Part shown: in pieces, positions 42,329 through 52,600 of the stretch
How positions within the stretch are numbered: the stretch's first letter is position 1
Layout of the letters: every line of letters starts with the position of its first letter
From: Dimorphilus gyrociliatus
Lineage: Eukaryota; Animalia; Annelida
Assembly (NCBI GenBank): GCA_904063045.1
Contig: CAJFCJ010000004.1
Coordinates: 1,047,713 to 1,111,712, forward strand
Direction: 5' to 3'
Length of the DNA: 64,000 nucleotides
Notes under the pieces: model-generated
The model's database searches: none
Seen by the model: the letters and a program-made list of their open reading frames with translations, nothing else
Told to the model about the DNA's origin: nothing
Made by a program: the position numbers and the translations under genes

Positions 42329-43553
42329 ATGCTTCTAAACTATTGTGTTTTACTTCAATTATTATTAGCGATAAATCTGAGCAGTGCAAGTAAGATTGAC
42401 ATAAAAGGCATTATATGCAATTAGCAAGTTTTAACACCTATATCGAATATTTTTCAGTTGATATCAGCGGATACACGAAATATCCTAGACAAGATTATTA
42501 CGGATACGACATGGGAAGGATTATTACTAATACACAGGCTATTGATTGTGCGAAATTCTGTGAGAGGAAAACGAATTGTCTGGGATTTGTTATAAACTTT
42601 TATAGAAATCTTTGCCATTTAAAGTACAAAGTTGGAATTAGCGGCTGGTCGTTTGATGAAAATGAAGATACAAATCTTTACATTAAAGGTGTTTAATTAG
42701 AGAAATTAATTTGATAGTAAAATTTTTAACAACTTCTAATTTAAATTTTTTCTTTAATGTTTCTTTTTTTATATTCTATTATTAATTTAGATGAATTTCC
42801 TGGATACATAAAATATACCGATACTGACTTTTCCGGTAGTTTTCAAGCTGAGAAAACTGATAATAAAGCCCAATGCTATGAAATCTGCAGTAGTAGATTA
42901 GTTGAGTGCAGAGGCTTTGTGTATTACGAGGGCAAATGCTTCCTTAAAACTACTGGACACTGGTCTAAAAATCAATTAATATCGAAACCAGGAGCAGATT
43001 TGTATATTAAGGATCTTGACGATGAAAGTAGATATGCTTATATAAACATAGCTTATAGCTGTTCTTATTGGAATTTTTTCTAATAGTTGCAGTAGATGGA
43101 TTTATCAGATTCTCGGAGAAGAATTATATCGGGAGTGATTTTAAAACATTTTATGATACAACAAGACATGTATGTGGAAACAAGTGCAAACATTTTCACT
43201 TTTGCCAGTCTTTTGTATATAATTTTAATAGCCAAGAATGCACTCTGAAAACTGAAGGAAACGCTTCAGGGGATAGCTTTAGAAATAATCTATTTACCGA
43301 TTTTTACATAAAAGTACACGTGGACGGTTATAAAAGGCACGGTCACAGCTACTATCTAAATAAGGATTTAGATAACTTTGCAGTTAAAAATCGTGATGTT
43401 TGCGGGAAAAAATGTAATCGGACGCCTTTTTGTAAGGCTTTCGTTTTTCAAATGGATAACAATTGGTGCTATTTAAAGAAAGATGCTGTAGCGGGTTGGA
43501 AACACAGAAGCTACCGGGAAAAAGTAATTTACGATTTATATATTAAAAACTAA
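42329..43553 (+). CDS. Secreted protein with four PAN/apple-like domains (4 exons)
   Basis: Signal MLLNYCVLLQLLLAINLSSA. Four repeats of the form G(Y/F)x(K/R)...C-x3-C-x4/5-C-x2-FV...CxLK...(D/N)(L/F)YIK. Confidence 0.85.
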
Positions 43554-44090
43554 ACAGGTATGCGTAAAATATATCACTTTTTTCTGATGCTAGCACTACT
43601 AATTACTCTGAAAATATGTACTATCATTTTATTATATACTACACATATATAAATATACTGGATACTCTATTATATTCCAGAAATTATGTTAACATAGCTG
43701 GTATAGTGGTTTAATTCAATTTAATATTGATATTAGCAACATCTATTGATATTTAAATTGCGGACGGTTTCTACTAGAACCAGTCCTGTTGTAATAATTT
43801 TCAAATAAAAATAAATAATAGATAAGCATGCAGCACGAATTTGTTCATTATATTATATTATTATTAATAATAAAAACTAAATTTATATTTATATGCCTAT
43901 ATGTAATAGTCTGGCGTAGCTTTAAACTTTTCTAATCGTATTTTAATATGAAAGAACTAACAGAAATAGTTCTATTTGTACTTGAAAGGATCCTTAAACC
44001 AATGATGCAGAAAAACGATTTAGGCTTATTTTCTTTTATCAAGTTGAAATATTGAGAACTTTCATTCAGAAATCTGAACAGCCAAAGGAT

Positions 44091-45953
44091 ATGTCATCCA
44101 AAAGTGTCGAACATGTGGAAGAAAACAATAAGTTTCTTCCAGGGAGAGTTCAGGTTTTTGAAGAGAGAATTGGAGAGAGAATCAAATGGGGAAATAAATT
44201 AGATTTTATGTTTACGTGTATAGGCTATGCCGTTGGTTTCGGTAATATATGGAGATTTCCCTATATATGCTATCAATATGGAGGAGGTGCATTTCTTGTC
44301 CCTTATTTTATTTTAATTGCTGTTATGGGTTTACCATGCTATTTTCTATTATTCGTTTTTGGCCAGTTTTCAAAGTTGGGCTTACTACAAATGTGGAGAA
44401 TTAGTCCAATATGTAAAGGAATAGGATATGCTATCTTTTGGATAAACTTTGTAATTGGATGTGGTTATTCTATTTTAGCATCTCAAGTTGCTGTTTACTT
44501 TTTCGCTTCTGTAGTATCAATTTTTCATGGTATTCCTTGGAATGGATGTAATAATACCTGGAATACTGAAAATTGTACAGAAATCGGGAATACAAAGAAT
44601 TTTACTACGCATCAAGCTTTAAGCCTTTCAAACAACTCTGTAACAGCAGTACAAGAATATTACAATAACTATATACTTGAGAAATCATCTGGTTTAGAAG
44701 ACTTTTCAGGCCTTTCTTGGAAATTATCGCTGGGATTATTATTTAGATACATGCTATCTTTCATCTTACTTATTAAAGGAATAAGGTCATTGGGGAAAGC
44801 TGCATACTTCTTCTCGATTTTTCCTTATTTCATGTTGTTTGCCCTCTTGATTAGAAGTTGTACTTTACCTGGATTTCTTGATGGAATATTTTATTTACTC
44901 AAACCCGACTTTTCTAAACTTTTAAACATACGTGTATGGTATATTGCAGCAAGTCAAGTTATATTTTCAATGGGTGCGGTGGATCCCACGAACATAGTTA
45001 TGGCCTCGTACAATGATTTTCATCATAATTGCCTCAAAGATGCTCTTGTTATTACCGTAATTAACAGTTTAACGTCTTTATTGGCTGGGTTTGTCGTGTT
45101 TAGTACACTAGGATTCATTGCTCATGAAAGACAAACTCTTGTTGAAGATGTCGCCACTAATGGACCTGGTCTTGTATTTGAAGTGTACCCAGAGGCTATC
45201 TCAAGAATGCCTTTACCGGCATTATGGGCAGTCTTATTCTTTTCGATGATGCTTACGCTGGGTATTAGTAGTATGTTACCTTCTTTAGAAGCATTATCCA
45301 GCTCGATCACAGATTTGTGGCCCAGTATTTCTAAATCATTTATTAAAATAGGTCTTTTTAAATTTTGTCTTTTTAGCTTTCTATCCATTCTATCACTTCC
45401 AATGGCAACAGGTGCAGGAATTTATATATTAGCTATATTCGATCATTATGCTGCTACTTTTCCCAACTTCTTGATGGGCTTTAGCATTATCTTGATTATT
45501 ATTTACTCATACGGCTATGATAATGTAGAGAAAAATTATAAAATGATGTTAGGAAAGAAACCAGCATTATATTGGAAAATTTGCTGGAAATATTTAACTC
45601 CTTTAAGTTTATTTACAGTTCTTATATTAATTTCAATTAATTTCGAATCAATTAAAATAGATAATTATAAGTTTCCTGCCTGGAGTATAGGTTTAGGATG
45701 GTCTTTTGGAATAGTACCACTAACAATTTCCCTCTTTTATTTTATAATTTACTATTGCTACAATGGTGGGTATACTCTATTGAAATTATTCCTTTTACCC
45801 TCAAGAAAATATCATTCTATCTCTGAAACTTTTTCAAATGACTTGAATGGCAATAAAAATAGGGAATATTCTTTTGTAGGCGGTACAATCATAGAAGAAG
45901 ATGATGAACAGTTCATCAAATTAAAAATAAATAATCCAAGGCGTATTGTGTAA
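44091..45953 (+). CDS. SLC6 / NSS sodium-dependent transporter (amino-acid transporter type), intronless
   Basis: WGNKLDFMFTCIGYAVGFGNIWRFPYICYQYGGGAFLVPY signature, EL2 WNGCNNTWNTENC, GPGLVFEVYPEA, and 12 TM segments. The first ATG is at 44091. Confidence 0.95.
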   Translation: MSSKSVEHVEENNKFLPGRVQVFEERIGERIKWGNKLDFMFTCIGYAVGFGNIWRFPYICYQYGGGAFLVPYFILIAVMGLPCYFLLFVFGQFSKLGLLQMWRISPICKGIGYAIFWINFVIGCGYSILASQVAVYFFASVVSIFHGIPWNGCNNTWNTENCTEIGNTKNFTTHQALSLSNNSVTAVQEYYNNYILEKSSGLEDFSGLSWKLSLGLLFRYMLSFILLIKGIRSLGKAAYFFSIFPYFMLFALLIRSCTLPGFLDGIFYLLKPDFSKLLNIRVWYIAASQVIFSMGAVDPTNIVMASYNDFHHNCLKDALVITVINSLTSLLAGFVVFSTLGFIAHERQTLVEDVATNGPGLVFEVYPEAISRMPLPALWAVLFFSMMLTLGISSMLPSLEALSSSITDLWPSISKSFIKIGLFKFCLFSFLSILSLPMATGAGIYILAIFDHYAATFPNFLMGFSIILIIIYSYGYDNVEKNYKMMLGKKPALYWKICWKYLTPLSLFTVLILISINFESIKIDNYKFPAWSIGLGWSFGIVPLTISLFYFIIYYCYNGGYTLLKLFLLPSRKYHSISETFSNDLNGNKNREYSFVGGTIIEEDDEQFIKLKINNPRRIV

Positions 45954-46014
45954 TAGTCTTTTGTATTAAAATTTTTCTTTAAATTACAAAACGAAATATA
46001 CACAATGTTATATA

Positions 46015-46308
46015 TCAAGATAAGATTTCTATGTAGTTTTCCGACAAACTGTTGTATTTATTTTCATTTTCCGATTCCATATCTACACTTTCATAAATCG
46101 GTTCGTTTCTATCCTCTGTACTTAACACTTTTTTAAAATTTTTAGATGTTTGTATCTTCTTCTTTTGTTTCAATAATTTCTTTTGTTTAATACGTCTTCT
46201 CCAAAAAAAGAATGTAATTAAGATTATTATTCCAATTAAAAGTAACATGATTAAAATTGTTATGAAAATTGAAAATCCGCATGAATCTGTCCAAGAAGTC
46301 TGAGCCAT
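46015..46308 (-). CDS. Small single-pass (type III-like) membrane protein with cytoplasmic tyrosine motifs, 97 aa
   Basis: ATG in AAACATGG context. About 10 N-terminal residues, then a roughly 25-residue hydrophobic helix, a basic stop-transfer WRRRIKQKK, and the motifs YESV, YNSL and YIEI. No homolog recognised. Confidence 0.65.
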   Translation of the reverse strand: MAQTSWTDSCGFSIFITILIMLLLIGIIILITFFFWRRRIKQKKLLKQKKKIQTSKNFKKVLSTEDRNEPIYESVDMESENENKYNSLSENYIEILS

Positions 46309-46802
46309 GTTTTCCTTTATGATGAATAATGTTCTTGATCTAATTGTCTTTAATACATATATATGTTAGAAAATTCCATTTTTGTTAAATGGCATAAATG
46401 TATGTAATTTTAGAGGCCTAAAAGAGTTTAATTACTTGCGCTGAAAATTATACTTAATTAGCTACTTTAGTAATTATATCATAAAAATAGTGTAAATATG
46501 ACTTTTTGACTTCTTTCAAACGAAACTGACATAAAGAGACTAACACTTATGATTTCATATCAGGGTATATTCAATTCATAATTCTTTTTGAATATTCAAA
46601 CATTCACATTTTAGTTTTATTTAAACGCAATTAAAAATCTCTTAACTATATTTCAATTCATGAAAGAATATTAATATTGAAAACGAATTATTTTATGCGG
46701 CATTATGAGGAATATTCAAGAAATAGTACAAAGTCTTTATCTTGGGGAAAGGGAAGAGAAGTAGAAGGTAGAAGAGGGGGAGGACCAGAACAATATCTCC
46801 TT

Positions 46803-47186
46803 TCAAGCTTGAAAATATTTCTTCAACTCAGCTGAATTTAAGACTCTATCCTCTTTTAATGTTTGAAGAATATAAAATGTAATTTGTGTATTAATAAACT
46901 ATGAAAGGATGCTTAATTTCAAAAGTTACTTACGATTAGTATCCATCAGTTTGAATAGAATTCTAGTAACAGCCAATCGAAACTTTGATTTTAACAATTT
47001 AGCAAACTCTTGCTCGGTAAGAAATCCATCTCCGTTCGAATCATAGGGTTTGAATTTCAAAAGTTTTTCAAACTTGTTTGATCGTTTACCGGCTATTGGT
47101 ATACCAAAGTCTTCATCGTCTGTAAAGTAGAAAGCAGCAGTTACAGCAAGGAGAAGGAAAGAAATTAAAATTTGAAAGTATTTCAT
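46803..47186 (-). CDS. Secreted two-EF-hand calcium-binding precursor, 101 aa (exons 46934-47186 and 46803-46852)
   Basis: Signal MKYFQILISFLLLAVTAA and EF loop 1 DSNGDGFLTEQE. Splicing from GTAAGT to the AAAAG acceptor completes EF loop 2, DTNQDRVLNSAE, and the protein ends KKYFQA*. Confidence 0.88.
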
Positions 47187-47223
47187 GACGTTTGCTCAGC
47201 AACTAACTGCAATATTCCTTATG

Positions 47224-47231
47224 TTTATATA
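47224..47231 (-). promoter_or_regulatory. TATA-box candidate for the EF-hand gene
   Basis: TATATAAA on the minus strand, about 25-30 nt upstream of an Inr-like GCAGTTAGTT and about 45 nt upstream of the ATG. Confidence 0.5.
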
Positions 47232-47917
47232 TTTCTATTAATGAGAAAATTTATGAAATATATGACAGAAAACAAATATTAATTATTAAAAAAATGTCAT
47301 GTTTTTGTCATATTCTGTAATGATTTTCAATAATAACAAAAAGTAAATTTATCAAAGTGACACTTTTAGGGAAAAAAAGTAAAATTTTTACAATAGTTGT
47401 TGATTCTCTGACTTATTAATTTTTTTTCTATTTAAAGCTGCTCTCTTATGACTTTTTCTATGAAAGCATTTCCAAAAATATGCTTCTTTTTCTATTGTTC
47501 TGTTTTGCACAATAGACTAAAGATAAATTAATAAAAACTATGGATATCTAAACTAATTAATATTCAGAAATAATAATTTATAAAGGAAAACTCTCCACTT
47601 CAATTGCATTATATATATCATTTAATGAGATTACTTTTAATATATATTCTCCTCCATCTTTTCAAACTAAGACAACAATAAACCTGTATATTACATATGT
47701 TAGTATATTCAATACAATGTATTGACGCAGTAGCGACATCTATACTTCTGAATGAGTTATTTATTTTACTATTAATTTTTCATCAAATTCTACTGATTTT
47801 TATCACTATTTATTCTATGAATTGAATAGATACAGTTAAATATTATCTGACAATATATAATACATAGAAGCATTTATATAATAACAACGATTCGGGAAGA
47901 TTTTCTAGAATTTTGTC

Positions 47918-49384
47918 ATGCCGGCCAATACTATTACTACAGTCGTAAGCTTTAAGAAGCAATTTCGTGCAGAAATCCTAAATAAATTTACAACTCTAGC
48001 TGTTGGCTATTTAGATGGGTAAGTTTTATCATAATATACTAGGGGAAGGCAGTAATAGATGATTTTTTACGCATAGCGATAATAGGGAGGTTTTAGTGAC
48101 TTGTGGAGAAGATGGCGTTCTTCATGTATATACTATAGATAATAGTACGGATAGTGATCAGTGCTTAAAAGTATACACTATTAAATTTATTATATTCTCT
48201 TATTTAGGCCTATTTAATTTTTTTCTTAAATATATAGAAAATAAAAACTTTGGATTCGAAGTGCTCTTCCATACAATGTATATGTATAGCTGAAGTAACA
48301 AGATTTGGTTCGAATGACCTAATTGTTGCAGATTCAAAAGGTCATATTGTTGTTTTCTTTAAAGAACAGATAGTTTGTCGAAAGAAGGTATCTGATTATC
48401 CACTATCAAGTTTAGCTGTGTATAATAAACCAAGTACGTAGTTCAATTAATTTATTTATAGTTGTATTATTTATTTTTTATCATTGTTTGCAGATGGAAT
48501 GGTAGTTATTGTTGCTGCAGATATAGAAGGAATGATAGTTGCCTTTAATCCATATATTGAATTTTGGAAATTTCATATATCTAATATACCTATTCCAAAG
48601 GTAATTCTTGTTTTCAACGGTATCATAATTTCTAATATTTCTTCTTTCCACTTAAAAAAGGGTCCAAGTTCTCTTGTTAAGATTCTTGCTATTCATATAG
48701 CACACTTGAAAATGTCTGAAAATACAGTTGATTACATTCTAATATCCGATACAGCAAGACAATTATTATTTTTAAGAAATGGAAAACTTGTTCATAAGAT
48801 AATTCTTCCATTTTGTGCAACTGCTGTTAGTAGTACTATTATTACTGAGACAAATTCTTTAAATCATAATTTATTTATTACTTTAGATATCATCTGGTTA
48901 TTATCAAAAATCTTCAACGAATACAGAAATTGCTATTGCTAGCGAAAATGGTTCCATTCATTTATTAAATAATACCGAAGTATATATTATTTATTTGCTT
49001 ATGATATGTGTATATGTTTGAATCTATACTATAATACAACGCTTATTCATTTCAGATTATATTAAACGATTATGCCAATTTAAATGTCCCTGTGAAAAAG
49101 ATGAAAACTATTCGCGTAACTCATTGTAAAGATACAGTAGACACATTAATTTGTACAGGAAATTTTGATTCCGTATTTGGTGTTAGGGATGGCACGGTTT
49201 GTAGATTGACATTGCATATCATTTTCATTAGATCTTACTTTCATGTTGTTGCAATTCATAATAGGTTTCGCAATATGAAACAACCGATTGGATTGAAAAT
49301 ACCAGTATAACAGATAGTTCATCCTTATATTTAGGATCCAAGGATAATAGTCTTTTCTCAATTAAATTAGATTTGGATTCTTAA
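47918..49384 (+). CDS. Uncharacterised beta-propeller protein (WD/FG-GAP-like, BBS2/ITFG2-like start), about 8 exons
   Basis: In-frame exons give repeated blade motifs: LAVGYLDG|DNREVLVTCGEDGVLHVY, NDLIVADSKGHIVVF, VIVAADIEGMIVAF, YILISDTARQLLFL, EIAIASENGSIHLL, TLICTGNFDSVFGV and SLYLGSKDNSLFSI. Stop TAA at 49382-49384. Confidence 0.75.
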
Positions 49385-49668
49385 ACTACTATTTTAAATA
49401 TTTTAACTGTTCTATGAAATAATTTCCTACCTTTATTGTTATACTTTATCATTAGTATGAAAAAATTATCAGGTTATTTATGAATTGAAAGAGTAATTCC
49501 TTCATTGCGTAATTACAAATCATTCGATCTAAAAACTACGTTATAATATGAGTAAAGTAGCAAAAATATCTTGAAATATTGTGATTTTAGAGGTCTTTTA
49601 TTATTCATATATGAGAATTATAAAATAATTTCATATATATGTCATAACTTGTTCAAATTTTAAGTTTT

Positions 49669-52600
49669 TCATTGTAGCTTTCTTTCAGAATCATTTGAAT
49701 CTTTAAATCCAACTAGCTCTTTCAAGTTTGCCTGAAGAGCAGATAGTTTCTTTTGTAGATACTCATGTACATATATCTCATTCTTATAATTCAATTCTTT
49801 TGCTCTACTTCTTGCCTCATTCAAAATACTCATCAGCATATTCAAGCAACATATTATTATGAAGATAACGAAGCTTGAATAGAAAAAATGCCTGTATGGC
49901 GCTCTGTCTTTATCTAATTCTCGCATTATAGGAGAATTTAAAGAAGCAATACATAAAGTATAAATAGAAGACGAGACTGTTGAAAACGATGACACAATTG
50001 TCACGTACATCAAGTATCCAAAGTGAGCATGAGCAAACAAAAGTATCAGGAAAACCAGAGATAGAGATTTCAAGGAACTCGCTGATAGGACCATCGTATT
50101 CCATAATAACATCACGGAATGATCATATTGCAACACGTATAACATTTTCAAACACGATATGCCAGTTATAAATGCTATCATGTATGTATAGGCTTCGTCA
50201 ACCACAATTAGATGTTGCATATCAACAAATCCATCTTTTATGGCATATTTTACCTCATTTCGTAAATATAGTTTTACAAGAAACAATCCTATTGCAGAAA
50301 GTGATAATATCAGATTTATGAATGATACTTTGTTCCATAAACTCTTGAAATATGATAGTCGTTCTTTTCGAAGCAGTTTAATTGCCTTGTAGAATTCATA
50401 GAAAACGAAAAATACAAATAAGATCTGACAAACCAAAACAACAATACCGTAGGTTGAATGATACGGATATAAATCTATCACTGCAATTCGATTCCATTTC
50501 GTAATTGCAACGTCCATTCCCTGTTCAACAACAATTGTTAAACTGATAAATAAATTGGAATCAGCATTAAATAGAGTTGATTCTATTATAATAGCTCTCG
50601 TTTTGGCATCTAACCAGTCTTTAGGCGGTAGAATCGGTGTTGAATGTTCAAATATATAGCCCCCAGTCGGATATATATGTCGTTGTGCAACAATAGGATA
50701 AGATAACGGATTCTGGTAGGACCATTCGTTTTTAACAGTATCAGGGCTGTGACTTGAGAATGATTTGTTATAATTTTTCTTATCGATATTATTGGAGGAA
50801 AGATCATAGGAACAGTCTTTAATAACATCTTGTAGTTGTTTACAAGACTGTGAGACAACTCTAATTTGTCGCCAACGAATTGAACCAACTCTAATCCAAC
50901 TTTGTTCGAATGCTCTAATCTTTTGTTCCTTCCAATGAAGTTTTTCGCCATTGTAATATTCCGTATCAAACAATGATGGGTTAAAATAACGATCTCCCCA
51001 TATGTACAACTTTTCAAGATTGGTTATATTTATCATTTGACGTATTATTCCATTTCGAATAGTTTGAGCAGCACGATGGCTATTCAAAGGTACTTGTTTA
51101 TAACCGATTACCATTAACAAAATAACATACACCGAAGTGAGAATAATTCTAAAAAGTAGTCTTTCTGTTTTTGCATTCCGTATTCTTTCCATATGTCCTT
51201 TAATTAATTCTTCTAGATTTGGTTTCGGAATACTTTCCATTGTGCTTTGAGCTGCGTATATGAACATTAATTTATTTATATTTTTCAAACAATAGTAGCT
51301 AAATTAATATACCTCGTATCCTTAAATAATATTGACATATTTCTGTTGCTCTATTAACTACTTCTACATGTTTTAGAAAATTTTCATCGTCATTTTCAAA
51401 ATCGGACTTTTTTAACAAAATAGAAAGAATTAGAGCTAAAATGATAACCTGTAAGAAATAAAAAATACTATCGTTTTTCTAAGCGTTTACGTTATTCCAT
51501 CGAAATACCTTGAAAGGTTGGATTAGTAATACAGATTGTCCAAAACTTATGAACATTGATGTTAGCCATTGCTCGGATTTTGTCTTTCCCCATTCCAATG
51601 AGTATAGTAATACAAAAAAGAAAGATGAAATAGATACAATGATGACTAGTGCCCACGATACATAAAGGAAGACAGGAGGTAAAGTAAAAGACTTAGTTCT
51701 CGATATACTCTCTCTTCTAGTTTTCTTAAACAGAGTCATAATTAAGAAATTCACTGGTAGTACTACAACAGCTGAAACTGTGCCAATCCATAGCTGCTGC
51801 ACGGAGAATATAAGTGGTCCTAGCTTATATGCTAAATCAGTTTCCTCATTTTCCCTTTGATAGAACATTGCCGATGCAATCATTGAAGTAGCGATTAGAG
51901 AGAGACAACACCCAGCTCTTTGAACTCTTGTGAAATAGCTTCGGGTAGGTCTTGAGAAAACACTCAACCATAAGTGATCATCTGTCAGTTTGTTCCTTAA
52001 CCACATTGGCCATAATCTTTTGAAAGTGATTAATGTATTACTTTCAGATGTTGGAATATCCAAACATGGTATGGATTTGGTCAAAGATGAATTTGCATAA
52101 AAATAGTGTTTTTTCATATCTTCTAGATTAACCAGAATTATTTCCTCCAAAAACCAAGACGGTGATTTAGTTTTAATTGTTGGATTTATCCAAATTCGAA
52201 TGCTCTTTGGTTCTCCCAAACTCTTTTGCGTCGTCATATGATAATGAGATATACTCGATCTCTTTAGCTCATCTCGATATCCATCATATAAAGTTCGTAT
52301 ATTTGACGACGACTCTTCTCCTTCAATCATGAATTTTATCTGACTATCCGTTCCTGCATTTCGGCCATATCCCGTTCTAACAATTAGAGCGTAATGGTGA
52401 CGATCTAGTGCAGAATTATCCAAAAGACTTCTCATTTTCCACATTTCTTCATCTTTTTTATCAGCTCTTCTCAAAATTAGTAGAGAACACCAGAAGAGTA
52501 CCAGCATACAAATAATCAAAACCAAGACGGCTATATTGTCGCCAATTCGTTTCAATTTTCCGAATGCCGAACTAAAATCTATAGGATTCGGAGCGACGAG

